A DNA stretch of 64,000 nt from positions 51,274,001 to 51,338,000 of the forward strand of contig NC_042997.1 of assembly GCF_006345805.1 (NCBI RefSeq), given 5' to 3'. This DNA is from Octopus sinensis (taxonomy: Eukaryota). Both the position numbers and the translations under genes were made by a program. The notes below the pieces were generated by a model, which was not told the DNA's origin, made no database searches, and saw only the letters and a program-made list of their open reading frames with translations. Positions 40,515 through 54,897 of the stretch are shown piece after piece. The stretch's first letter is position 1, and each line of letters opens with the position of its first letter.

Positions 40515-42239
40515 GTATATATATATGTGTGTGTGTGTGTATGTGTGTGTGTGTGGAAATAAGAATTACTGTCAACCAAAGTAAACTTTCTAGACATAAC
40601 AGTAGATTTAGACACTATCAAATTTTCTCTTTATCATAAATTTAATGATATGTTATAATCATGTTCCAAATAATCTCCATAATTTTGTCACAAGTGTTAT
40701 TAGAAATATTTTATCACCATCCTCAGATGCAGATAGTTTGCTAAAGCTTCACATTTCTACAATAAGCCAGTTAGTCATAGCAGGTTTGATGAATTAGATA
40801 TGATAGAATATGTGTATGTAGGCCTGTAGCTCTCAAATCTAGGAATAGAAATAGAAAAGGAAGTATAATCCAGTTTTGAACTTAAATCTTAGAAGAAATA
40901 TAGCCAAAGAGTTCCATATTTTAGTTTTCATATTTTCAATAGCAACCATAGTTATCATGAGATCTTTAATAGACATTCTATTAAAGTCATACTTTTGTTG
41001 CAACAACCTTAACAGCTCTATTAATTGAATTATGGAAAAATATATATCAAGTGACAGTAAGCTGAGAGCAAATGTAATTGTGGAACATATGACAAATTGA
41101 TATGCCCACAAAATGAAGCTTGATTTACCAATTCCTTGATATACTGTACCAAGATAAAATCAATTTATGGCGCACAACTAAAATTTTTCACTGGCTCAAC
41201 AAAAAATGAATTTAAAATGAGATTATTCTTGCACAAGCACTTGTTGGTCAGCTCAAATGGGAAATTTGCTACCAGACATTCAAAATAAACTTAGAAATAG
41301 TATCAAATCTTTAATAAATAATGATTAATTCTTACTTACAAGCATGGCAGCAATTAAAGAAACATCATCCTAACAGAAAAGAGTTTAATATTAGAGTAGG
41401 ATAAGAACAACCTAGACTCACATAATGACATACTGAATATATATTTACATAAATAGCAAACTGTTATTTAATTTTCAAAAGGTAGACCACACACATACAA
41501 ATATGCTGTAGAAGTTTCAGACAGTTTCCAAATTTAACCTCGATTTTTCAGTTTTCCCTTTTAATTATATGTTCAGAAACTGATATATTCTGTACCTTGC
41601 TAAACCTATATTTGCTGCTCCTCACTCCCACCACCTTTCATCCAACACCTCATCAGCCTATTGCTTATTCCTCTTTTCCCCATCTCTTTATCAATCATAT
41701 TCCTCTATCTTTTGTCTCCTTGCCACTTTCTGTACCCTTTACTAAACCTGTATATAAGAGACTGTATCAGATCGTATATATGCAATACACTCTAACTTCA
41801 TCCTTTCTACCAGCCACCACTCTCTGGCCTATTACTACCCATCATGTACTCTTGCCTTTATCTCATCCTCTAGCCTTACTTTTGTTTGCCTCTGCCATTG
41901 CAAATTACTCCTCTCCTGATGCCACCCCAAATAACTGCCTTTCCCATTGTACTCTTGCTTCTTCTAGTCTTTCTGCTATCATTGCTCTCTCTCCCATTCC
42001 CATTCTCATTTTATATGTCTTAGGTTACTTAATACTCTCTACATTTACTGTATGCAAGGCATATCTCCTACTGTACTGATGTCCTGCTAAAAAGTACTCC
42101 TGCTGCACTAGTGGTTGACAAATAACCAGTAAAAGCATAAGGTTGTGAGATTCTTTTCATATTGTTTTACTGAAGACTACTTTTTTTTTTCAACTATTAT
42201 AGGTTGGATAATACTATTTCCCTATATATTTTGCACTTC

Positions 42240-43015
42240 ACTTGGACTGTAACATACTTTTTGTTCCACAGTTGCTCCTGAGTAAGATTAATGTTGATTC
42301 CAGCACACAATTCTGATTCCTGCTGCAACACCAAAGTATGCAAAACTGGTGTTCAACTGCATAGCTTAAGAAGTGCTCAAGCCTATGTGTAGGGACTTGA
42401 GTGAACTTTTCTGAGCATCCAAAACTTTTGTGTACTTGTAATAGTTGCAACTTGATTACTATATCAAGTGACTTTAAGAAGACAATAAAGAGCACATAGA
42501 ATGGCTTATTCTGTGCCATACACTTCTCCTGTCCTTGGTATGCTTTTTTCCTTTCCAAACCCTTGAGTTTCAGGAAAGGTTACTGAACAGCACTTTGTGC
42601 TGGTCTTTCCAAACAGCAAGCTGAGAAATTCTTCAATAGTTATTACATTCATCCCTATCATTCTTCTTACTTATTGGCTCAGTGTAAGCATCTTTCCAGT
42701 CCTGAGGAACATTACTTGTCACCCATGATTCCAGCATCATCTGATAGAGATATAATTCTATCTCCTCCATTTTCTGTTAGGATCCCATTTACTGGTGTTT
42801 TCTATTTGAGAGTGACCTGGTTATGAGTAATACTTCCTCTTCACTTGATAGATTAACCATCAATACATCAAGTGTTGGACATGTTACATTTTTCAAAGTT
42901 TCCCTCTTGACATTACTTGGAGCATTGAGAATTTGGTGGAGGTGCTCTGCAAAGTCATTGAGCATTTGTATTTCTTCCTGGAACATTACTAGTGTATTAG
43001 TTGTCTTCATTTGAG
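42240..43015 (-). mobile_element. RTE-clade LINE RT remnant
   Basis: FAEHLHQILNAPS..SEEEV..SLSNRK, VPQDWKDA...KKNDRDECNNY, FGCSEKFTQ, QNCVLESTL. Confidence 0.8.
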
Positions 43016-43019
43016 TGGC

Positions 43020-43240
43020 ATCTTACTTCATCATCAACATTTAACATTCATTTTCCGTGCTGACATTGGTTGGATGGTTTGACAGGCTCCAGCTAGGCAT
43101 AGGTCTGGGTAGAGCTTTGATATTAGCTTTGGCATGGTTTCTATAACTAGATATCCTTCCTACTACCAACCATTTTACTGGGTGAACTGAGTGCTTTTTT
43201 TCATGCCAGCAGTAGTAGTAGGGTTGCCAAGTAACTTGCA
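43020..43240 (-). mobile_element. Old SINE 3' tail
   Basis: CATCATC..TTTAAC..TTTTCCGTGCTG...TTGGCATGGTTTCTA. Confidence 0.65.
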
Positions 43241-43614
43241 AGGTAGGGAAAAAAAAGAACAGGAAAAAAGGAGGGAAAAGAAAACTAAAAAACAAGTGGA
43301 AAAAGCCTCCTCAACATTAAATGGTGGTGGTGGCTTTGGTGGTGGCGGTGGTGGTGATGGGAGTTAATATTTGAGAGTGGTTGGGAAGCAATGGTTCTAT
43401 GCCATGTGAAGGGAGACTAGAGTGTAATGAAAGAAAAAGCCCAGGTTTCCAAGTAAGGCAATATTTTCCCTAGTCTTCTGAACACAAAACAGCACACTGG
43501 CCAGATATGCTTTCACAGAAGATTGCAATTGAACAACATGACTTGTCTGAGTTAGTGAAGTTTGTTTACAATTAGCCTGTGATGTCAAGACAAGGAGACA
43601 TAAATATACACACA

Positions 43615-43786
43615 CATGTACACAGTGAACTTCTTTTAGTTTCTGTCTACCAAATCCACTCAAAAGGTTTTGATCATCTGGGGCTATAGCAGAAGACACA
43701 TGCCTAAGGTGCTGTACAGTGGAACTGAACCTGAAACCTAGTGGTCATGAAGGAAGCTCCTTTACTACACAGCCATGCCTGCACCT
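43615..43786 (-). mobile_element. SINE tRNA-like head fragment
   Basis: Same head as at 20241, in reverse orientation. Confidence 0.8.
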
Positions 43787-43976
43787 AGTGTGTGTGTGTA
43801 TGTATATATATATATATATATATGTATCAAAAAAGACTTTATTAATCATTAACAAAAAACATTACAAAATCTAACCAATAGCACATGTTATTTTTCTTTT
43901 TTACTGTTTAAAGACAATGGATTTATTATAAGAAGTAACAATGGGTAAAATTATAAATAAATTACATATATATATA

Positions 43977-45254
43977 TCAGGTCATCCCATAAGTTCTGTC
44001 CGATTTTACCTTTTTTGAAATTGAATAAAATTTAATAGTATTTTAGAATGTCTAATGGAATTTAAAATTATTTTTATGCATTTGTGTACATTTAAACTAA
44101 TTAAATATTATTTTACAGAATAATAGAATTCAAATTTCTTTGATTAAAACCCTTTCTAACATTGAAGTATTCAAAGAACATTTAAGGCACATAATGCTTT
44201 ATGAGTACAAAAAAGGAAACTCTGCTGCCGAAGCGACTCAAAACATACACTCAGTTTATGGGAAAGAATGCTTGAATGAAAGAACTTGCAGAAGATGGTT
44301 TGCAAAATTCAGAAGTGGAGATTTCAGCCTTGAAGATGAAGATCGAACAGGACGTCCAGCTGAGTTTGATGATAAGCTCCTTGAGGCATTACTTGAAGAA
44401 AGTCCTGCATTATCAGTTGAAGAATTGGCAGTAAAGTTTAGTTCAAACCATACAACTGTTCATCGTCATCTTCAACAACTTGGAAAGTTTCCTAAACTTG
44501 GAAAATGGGTGCCTCGTGAATAGTCCAAAAGCAACCGCAAATCTCAAGTTGAGATCTGCTCTTCTCTCCATTCTCGCGAACTCATTTCACCCTTTTTGGA
44601 TAGACTCGTGACTGGTGACAAAAATGGATCTTCTATTGAAATGTTAAACATCATAAACAGTGGCTTGATAAAAGCTCAGGCACATCCGAAAAGGGAACTT
44701 CATGGAAAAAAGGTTCTTCCCTCTATCTGGTGGGATTGCAAAGCAGTAATTCACTTGAATTGTTACCACCTAATGCAACAATCAATGCTCAAGTCTACTG
44801 TCAGCAATTAGAGCATTTGAACCAAGCTTTGAAGAAAAAAAGACCTGCTTTAGAGAATTGAAAAGGAGTGATGTTTCATCAGGACAATGCGTGGCCCCAC
44901 ACTGCAAATATCACATCACAGAAGATCGAAGAGCCTGGTTGGGAAAAAATTCCTCATCCACCTTATTCTCCCAACCTTGTTCCTTCAGCCTACCATTTGT
45001 TTCATAGTTTACAGAATCATAAGGGGGGCATAAATTTCGCAAGCCAGGAGGAGGTTGAAACTGACATTTCAGAGTTCTTCACTTTGAAACCAAAAGAGTT
45101 TTACATTGATGGGATTAAAAAGCTTGTAAATAGATGAAAGGAAGTCATAGATAATCAGGGAAAGTACATTGATGATTAAATTTCAATTAAATATAGCATT
45201 TGAGGACTTGTTTTCTTTATTCAAAATTCAGACAGAACTTATGGGATGACCTGA
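43977..45254 (+). mobile_element. Full-length mariner (DD34D) transposon, transposase pseudogene ~44140-45179
   Basis: Perfect 24-bp TIRs TCAGGTCATCCCATAAGTTCTGTC (43977-44000 and 45231-45254) with TA flanks. Motifs WFAKFRSGDFSLED, GKWVPRE, LVTGD, HQDNAWPH and HPPYSPNL. Contains stops and frameshifts. Confidence 0.96.
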
Positions 45255-47061
45255 TATATATATACAAAGCAACTTCAAAAGTATATACAATAATCTTTAC
45301 AGCATTACCATACTTGTGTTAAGTTGAATCTTAGATGAATCTACAGTGACAATATTTGGTGAAGGAGCTGATAAAAGTTTATATTTAGTATTGTTATGGA
45401 AGTGATAAAACAAATTTTATGTATATTTCAAGAATGATTTATTCCTTACAGCATAATTAATAATTCCATTGATTTACTCCTATTGCAAACAACATTTACA
45501 AATCATTTTAGAACAGAATGATTTCATTTTTTTCTTCTTGTGATATCCAATTTTTCATTTTATTCTTCAATGAATATGATTAAATATTTGATAGATTTAT
45601 TTTACCTGCTTTTTTTTTTTATTAATATTTGTGTGTGCTTTAATTTGACTTGGAGGAAATGTAATGCTTCAGCTAGATTAAATAAAAGTGCATGCACATA
45701 CATACAAATATTCATATAAGTATATATATATATGTCAAGTTGTGTGTAAAATCATTTATTCTGAAATGTTGGATTTTTATTATTTCTTTAATGAAAATTG
45801 TTGATCAAGACATTAATTAGTTAAATATATTGAATGTGTTTGACTGCAAGATAATGTATCAGTTAAAATAGTTTGTATGAAGTTTTATTGTTACCTAATT
45901 TACTAGTATATATATTAAATGTCATTTTAGTATTTTCTGGTACTCTAATTTAATTTAGATTAATCGAAATCTTGATTTTTTTTCTTTCAAATTAGGATTT
46001 TTATGGGATAGATGTTTTTATTAATTTCTTATCTGTAAAATTTTGCATCACTTGTATTACTAAGCAGTGTAGCAATATAATTTGCTACATGACTTATTTT
46101 TGTTTATTTACTACAAAAGAAAAAAACTCTTTATCAACTACAATATTTAGCCTGAAAACTGAGAGATGCATTATCAAATCTCTTTTCCATGTGTTAAAAA
46201 TATCTGTCACTTCTTTTAACACATAAAGTGCAAGGGGCCACAATTGTGGCTGTCAGGCACAGGTAAACAGGCCACAATCATGGCCCAGGTAGAGGAATTT
46301 TATTTATGGGCATTTTTTGGGGTCTAATGTCACTCAAATGCTCCAATACCCCCCCCCTTCAGAATGCAAGAGGACTAATAGTTCAACTAATGAGTTTTTC
46401 AGATGATGTAAAACTTGCCACCATTATATACTAAGAGGATATTTTAACTATTTTTTTTGTTTTTTATGTGTGCATGGTAGTCTCATTTTCATAAAATGTG
46501 ATCAGCAGTCCATGCTATGTAAGTACAAATCCCAGTACTTTATGGGTTTTCATTGAAACTATTTTGAGTTTTAACATTTCAATTTTCTTTAGCAATATTT
46601 TACTATCATTTTTTATGTGTATGTGTGACTTTAGCACTTGGTAATCATTTACGATTATTTTTATATAAATCTATTAATTTCTGCAAATACTTAAGTTATA
46701 TTTTTCTGTTTTGTTCTTGTCTTTTAATAATTTCTGTGAGTGATGAAAATGTAAACTTTAGGTTCTTCATTTAGTCAATGTATTTGGATCTGTTTTCTAT
46801 GTATTGATATAGATCAGTGTGTATTTATATTTTGTATATAAATATAGCTGTGCAACATGTGTATGTGTATGTGTGTGTGCATACAGATGTATTAAAAATG
46901 TGTGGTGTGTATATAGCAGAGAGAGAGATGAGAGAAAGAGAGAGAATAGTATTTGTTAATATATTTTAGAATTTACAAGGAGATATCATTTTCTATGCTT
47001 GTGAAATTAATGTAAATCTAAATAATGTACATTCATAATTATTATAATTTTCTTCTCATAG

Positions 47062-47097
47062 CTTCCAGGTTTGAAAAAAGATTTGCTGGAATATAAA
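47062..47097 (+). CDS. CADPS: Candidate 36-nt CADPS cassette exon (LPGLKKDLLEYK, phase 0/0)
   Basis: ATTTTCTTCTCATAG|CTTCCA...TATAAA|GTCAGT. Open and in frame after ...HHAE, in a TE-poor region. Confidence 0.5.
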
Positions 47098-47925
47098 GTC
47101 AGTTTAATATGTAGCACTTATATTTATATATTCATGGCTACAGTCCTTCAGTGTTTACTGCAGTAGTTTTTAGTTGTAAACAACTAAACTATTGTATATG
47201 TCTAGAAGTAGATAAAGACATTTAAAAATTACTACCCCAAAATGTAAAGCTATTTGTATGCTTCTGAACTTAGACTTCTTGTTGTTAGTAATGTTTCTTT
47301 GAGGAATGTACATGAATATTTGATATGCATTACTTCCTCAGAATAACAAAACTGTTATTGAATTTACTATTAACAATCAGTAGAAATTCATTATTTTTTT
47401 CTGAAATTAAAATTTCTACATAAATGTCATTAAATTTTAATTTCTATTTATCTTAACATTAGTTATATTTTTAATATTTTAAAATATTGCAATTTTAATC
47501 ACTTTTATACATTGTTTTCTATTTATTATGCTTTCTATTTATTATGCATCCATTTGATGCAAAAAAAATGTATATATAGTTTTACTGAAATATATAGCTG
47601 TGATATCTTTCTTTTTATCTGTTATTATAGGTTTCATTAGCTTTTTAGGTTGTAGTATTTGAGTAAAAGTTATTTTTATACATTTTCTGGTTATTTTTGG
47701 TATTGGTGTATGTAATATCAGATTCTTAAGTTTCACTTTACTTCACTTTTATAATTATTTAAAATAGATAAACTTTGCATGAAATTATTGCTAATTGGCT
47801 TTGCAGTTAAAGTGGATTTATCTATCCTACACTCTTTATTATTAATTCTCCAACAAGTTTCTCTCATTTCTTTTTTTTTTTTGTGTGTGATATGTAAGCA
47901 ATTAACTCTTCATTCCTTTCCACAG

Positions 47926-47973
47926 CTGCGAGATAAAAGCAAACTCTCACCATGGGAATCCAATTATACATCA
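47926..47973 (+). CDS. CADPS: Candidate 48-nt CADPS cassette exon (LRDKSKLSPWESNYTS, phase 0/0)
   Basis: TTAACTCTTCATTCCTTTCCACAG|CTGCGA...ACATCA|GTGAGC. Strong splice sites; open and in frame. Confidence 0.55.
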
Positions 47974-50900
47974 GTGAGCTTTTGTGTATCTTTGTATGAT
48001 AGATCAATGTTGTGGTTTGATGTTGTACTAGATTGCAATAGCTGTGCTGCTGCCATTGCTGCTGAAGCAGCTATCATCACTACCACAAGCACTGCTATAA
48101 CCACTGTCACCAACACCATATTTGTTGCAATTAGCATGATCAGTCTTTTTTTTTAATTATACTGAAATATTTATTCAAATTTATTCAATTTTATTCTTTC
48201 AACACATTTTCCTTCTATTATGTTATGACTTTATTACAACTTTCACTATTTACTTCCTACAAATTCTTTGAACGGTTGATAAAAATATCAATTCTCTTAA
48301 AGTTATATAATTTCTGTGATTTCTTTCTTTATATAATCAATCGTTTCACCACAAAACTTTCACGGCTCGTTTTACACCTCACTGCTTCCTTTCTTATATC
48401 TAATTATTTTAGATTAATCTCTCTTAGCTTTTCTCTAACAAGCATTTCTAAAATAATCAGGATTTTTGCCTTGAAAGATCATGTTATAAATTTTAAGCAT
48501 ATTTATATTTACTTTGATAGTAGTATTTATGGATCACATTTTAAAAATTCTATTTGGTATTTTGCTTTCATTTCAATTATATTTACTGTATATATTTAGT
48601 TGTGTTTTTAGTCTATTTTTCATTACTTTTGATGTAAGTTATTACTGTGTTTCTGTAGATATTATATTCATTCGAAATTTATCAATATTAATCTCTCCAG
48701 ATCATAGTGTTCTTTTTTCGTGTGCAAACTACCTTGTTCTTTTTTCTTCTATAAAAATTACCTTCCTATAAAGTAACAAAGTGTAGAAACTCTTACATAC
48801 TGTTGTTTTAACACAAACATATTTGCCATAAACATATATCCCTTATTTTGTATCAAATTTACCAAGTGGTATCTATAATTTAATTATAATTTCAAATTTT
48901 AGCACTTACATAAACATATATAATTAATAGCTCTCCAAATATACCAAAGCAATGGATTAAATTCATATTTTGCATTCAGATATATATATATATAAACATT
49001 TTATAAAGTTGTGAGAATCAACTTGAGTTTTCTTTGCATCAATATTAACTACTGTAATGAAAATTATGTTTAATTTGTTTATTTTCAAACATCTTAAAAT
49101 ATATGTTCATTTATAGAATTTGGAAATTTATATTAGACAATTAATTCAATATTCTTCATAATTTTAATTCAAGAAATTATAATTTGTGCAATTTTGAACC
49201 ACTAAACAATACTTTAAGAATTATAATATTAGCGCAATAAACCACTAAATGCTAGTCAAGAAAAAAATATTTTGAGCACTGTAGACTATCAAAAGACATT
49301 TAAGAAAAGATAGTTTGAGCACTGTAGGATAAAGAATATTTAAGAAAATATAATTTGACTACTATGGACCACTAACCAATATTTCAGCTTTTACTAAATT
49401 AAACTCTTTCACTTTTCATTTTCTTCCTCCCCCTCTCTCTTTTTTTCCTCTTTTTCTTCCTTTCTCTTAAAAATTCCCAATTATCCAGTCAAGAGTCCAA
49501 TGCCTTGGTCATTTTTGTTGGTATATTCTTACTGTACCAAACAAGATTCAGTTTCCTTTTCAGAACTAAAAAATATAAAAATAATAATAATAATCATAAT
49601 TTATTTAGCAGTTAGCCAAAAAGAACATTTTCTTTGTTAATCATTGGTAAGTGCTGTTGTGAAATATTGCTCCTTTGTTTGAGCTCACTACTTTTCCCTC
49701 ACTAAATTAGTAGATTATATTCATGCAAAAGAAGTTTTTGAAAGTAAAGCACCATTAGAAACTATAGATTATCCTTAAATTGTATTATCCTCTTGATATT
49801 AATTTAAATGCCCTCTATTCTCCTTAGGCTTGTTAGTACTAAACCTATTTAAGTATATGGGTACACTTTCTGCTTTTCTTTCTATCCTTACACTTTCTAG
49901 TTATAACATTTTGCCCAGTTCTCTCTCCTTGGAATCTGGTCTTCTTTCCTTGTTTATGTTTTCCTATCAAATGCTAACCTGCAACAATTAAAAGGACAAA
50001 TTAACCTCACCTTTAAAAAAAATCAGAGTAACTTCCTTTGAGCTTTGGGCTTTTCACTTCTAAAGAGGAAGCAAATTAATTTTCCCTATATTATACTATT
50101 AACTCTTCTCTAATTTCCCCCTCTTATATTTGTTTTTATTCAAATAAGTTAACATTCATTGTTTTAATTAGTAATTTTCAATTTTAATCATTATATAAAA
50201 TTGTTTGATTAAATGCAAAAAAAAGCATTCCCTTTTAAATATAGATGCCAACATTAATAGTGCTTTAAATATCAGTGTTTCTTAGATTGACAGAAATATT
50301 CATAATAAAATTATCTACCTTATCTAGTGTTCAAATTTTTTCTAGATTTTGTAATTCAATGTTTAAGATAATATAATTAATAAAATAACAATAGAAATAT
50401 ATTTCAAATATCAAAAACTAAAAACTTGATTGAAATATTCTATAAAATTTTTGTTTATAAAATTTACCTTATATATTTTAGTATAATTTGCTCACATTTT
50501 GTTTTATAATTTGAATACTGATTCAGTCTTTATAGTTAAAACTTAGATAGAAGTAATATCAGTCATTAATATCACAAAATCATCATATTATTGAGTGTTC
50601 TGAACTGATGTTAAATTTTGGTATTGCAGTAAATTTAAAATATCTGAGGAAAATTAAAATTTGTGTGGGTGTGTTTGAATGTTCTGTATTGTGCGTGTAT
50701 ACATATATAATACATATATTTGGATCATTGTACACTTTTCTAACATGTGCACCCCATAATAAAGATATGGTCTTTATTATTTGAGCAATTGATAAGAGCA
50801 AACAAAATCAACTGATAAAAAACAGAACAATTTGATTTTCCTGAGTATGTGTGTGTGTGTATTTTGTACATTCAAATATTTGTGAAATAGATCCCTTACT

Positions 50901-51288
50901 TTTAAAACAAGTAAGGGTTAGCAACAAGAAGGGCATTCAGCTGAAAAACACTGCATCAATAATACATTCATCTAATCCATGCACGCATGGAAAAACTGAT
51001 GTAAAATGAAGGAACAGATAAATTTGTATATGTGTATAACCACTAAACACATTCATAAAGTACCAGTCAGAAGTAATTGCCACTTGAACATATATAATGT
51101 GTATATATATATTATATATATATGTGTATATATATATGTATATATATATATGTATATATATATGTATATATATATATAATATGTATATATATATATGTAT
51201 ATATATATAGTATATTACATATGTATATATATATGTATATATATATATATATGTATATATATATGTATATATATATAGTGTATATATG

Positions 51289-51327
<39 letters not shown>

Positions 51328-51442
51328 GGTTATATATAGTATATATATATTTGTATAGTATGTATATATTATATATATATTTATTATAGGCGTATATATA
51401 TGTATATATATATATATATATTATATATTATTATATATAATT

Positions 51443-51475
<33 letters not shown>

Positions 51476-51737
51476 ATTTATATCCATGTATATACCATTC
51501 TGCCTTAAAAAAATGAATCTACAAATACAATATCCCTACAAATCTCACTATTTCTTTCCTCCACCTCACTCTCTATTTTGATCTTATCTAAATAAACTAT
51601 TATTTAACCATCCTCTCACACCGTCTCCAATGAAGGGATATAATAAATATCCTGGAAACAGCTGTAAGACTTCTGTCTGTAAATGTTCTAAATCTACACA
51701 GCCTTGGTTTTTTATCTCATTACAAAAAAAAAAAAAA

Positions 51738-51817
51738 ATATTATATATAGTATGTATATATATATGTATAATATATATATATATATGTATTATATATATA
51801 TATAATATATATATATG

Positions 51818-51848
<31 letters not shown>

Positions 51849-52016
51849 GTATATATAGTATATATGTATATATATATATATGTATAATTAATAATATATA
51901 TTATATATATATATATGTATATATATATATGTATATATATATATGTATATATATATATATGTATATATATATATGATATATATATATGTATATATTATAT
52001 ATGTATATAATATATG

Positions 52017-52048
<32 letters not shown>

Positions 52049-52293
52049 ATGTATATATATATATGTATATGTATATATATATATGTATATATATATGTGT
52101 ATATATATATATGTATATATATATGTATATATATATATGTATATATATATATGTATATATATAATGATTATATATATATATATATATATATATGGATATA
52201 TATATCATGTATATATATATATGTATATAATATATGTATATATATATATATATATAGATTATCTAATATAGTATATATATAATGTATAATATA

Positions 52294-52326
<33 letters not shown>

Positions 52327-52670
52327 TAATATAATATGTTATATATATATATGTATATATATATATGTATATATATATATGTATATATATATATGTATAT
52401 ATATATATGTATATTATATATGTATATTATATATGTGTATATATATAATGTTGTATATATATATATGTATATGTATATATATATAGTGTATATCTATATA
52501 TATATATATATATATGTATAATATATATATGATTATATATATATATATATATGTATATATATTAGATATTATATGTATATATATATATGTGTATTATATG
52601 TATATATATATATGTGTATATATGTATATATATTATGTGTATATATGTATATATATATATGTGTTATATG

Positions 52671-52701
<31 letters not shown>

Positions 52702-52723
52702 GTATATATATATATTATATATG

Positions 52724-52762
<39 letters not shown>

Positions 52763-52781
52763 GTATATATATTATATATAT

Positions 52782-52856
<75 letters not shown>

Positions 52857-53866
52857 ATGTATATATATATATATGTGTATATAGTATATATATATAGTGT
52901 GTATCGATGTATATCTATATATATGTGTATATAGTTATATATTATATGTGTATATATATATATATATATGTGTATATATATATATATATGTGTATATAGG
53001 TATATATATATGTGTATATATATATATGTGTATATATATATATATATGTATATTATATATATATATTGTATATAATATATATATATGTATTATATATATG
53101 TATATATGTATATGTATATATGATATGTATATATATATATGTATATGTATATGTATATATGTATATGTATATATGTATATATGTATATGTATATATGTAT
53201 ATAGTATATGTATATGTATATATGTATATGTATATATGTATATGTATATATGTATATGTATATATGTATATGTAATATGTATATGTAATTATGTATATGT
53301 ATATATGTATATGTATATATGTATATGTATATATGTATATGTATATATGTATATATGTATATGTATATATGTCTTATGTATAATGTATATATGTATATGT
53401 ATAGTATAATGTATATGTATATATGTATATGTATATATGTATATGGTATATATTATATGTATATATGTATATGTATAATGTATATGTATATATGTATATG
53501 TATATATGTATATGTATATATATGTTATGTATATATGTATATGTATATATGTATAATATATGTATATATATATGTAATATATATATGTATATATATATGT
53601 ATATATATATATGGATATATATAATATGTATATATATATATGTATATATATATATGTATATATATATAGGTACATGTATGTATATATATGTATAATAATA
53701 TATACATGTATTGATATATATATATGTATATATATATATGTATATATATATATATTATAGTATATATATAATATAATGTATGTATATATATATATGTAAT
53801 ATATATATTATATATACATGTATGATATATATATATATGTTATATATATATATATATACATGTATG

Positions 53867-53898
<32 letters not shown>

Positions 53899-54115
53899 TA
53901 CATGTATGATATATATATGATATATATATATATATATACATGTATGTATATATATATATGTATATATATATATACATGTATGTATATATATATATATACA
54001 TGTATGTATATATACATGTATGTATATATATATATTACATGTATGTATATATACATGTATGTATATTATATATATATTTTATATATGTTATGTATAATAT
54101 ATATATAAATATAAT
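51738..54115. repeat. ~2.4-kb compound (TA)n/(TATATG)n array
   Basis: Directly visible. Confidence 0.96.
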
Positions 54116-54117
54116 AT

Positions 54118-54269
54118 GCTGGGGCAACGCCATTTGGTGTTGCTAAATCATTTTATCACGGATGCTTTTAGCAATTGACTTTGGTGCATGAAGAGTTGAT
54201 GCAGCTGCCTCATCTGCACCTCCTGCTGCGAAGTTGTTCATATATTGTGTATGATAATATATATATATA

Positions 54270-54303
<34 letters not shown>

Positions 54304-54660
54304 GTACCTGTGCAGTGCCTGTCAAAGAATGATGAGGTTTATTCTCTCTCTTTTCAGCAGTACTTGATATTTCTTTTTCAAACCTTGCTCCGCTTTCTTA
54401 TTGTGTTTCATTTTATCTTCCTTCAAGTATTCTTATTCTTTTTACATCAGATTCTGCTTTTATTTGTTCTTGTGTATCTTGTTTTGCAGCACTTCTTATC
54501 TCCAGTTCATAGGAAGCATAGATCGCTTGTGATTATCTTCGTTCTGCAATTGAAAGTCTAACACTTTCTCTGTAACTGAGAACTTCATTTGTTTGACTTG
54601 CAGTAACCTTTATATATTCAAGAAGTTGGTTCTTGAATTACTTTCTCCAACTAATTCTCT
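54118..54660 (-). pseudogene. Unidentified decayed coding-like segment, split by (TA)n at ~54257-54300
   Basis: Minus frame reads FKNQLLEYIKVTASQTNEVLSYRESVRLSIAERR*SQAIYASYELEIRSAAKQDTQEQIKAESDVKRIRILEGR*... and NNFAAGGADEAAASTLHAPKSIAKSIRDKMI. No family recognised. Confidence 0.35.
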
Positions 54661-54833
54661 TCATTAACCACCCCCATTCCACACTCCCTGCATATTTATT
54701 CTCTCAATCAAAATCGTCTTTCAATGCTTCTCTTCATGTCCCAAAGACCACTTTCCTGTACCACTTAAGTATTATACACAAATTTCTTTCCCTCGCTCTC
54801 TCTCTCCTCCTCTCTCTCTCTCTCTCTCTCTTA

Positions 54834-54897
<64 letters not shown>

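Noticed and set aside
49609-49646. Strong donor TTG|GTAAGT with nearby acceptors
   Set aside because: All acceptor choices give lengths of 31, 35, 38 or 83 nt, none frame-preserving, and the polypyrimidine tract is poor.
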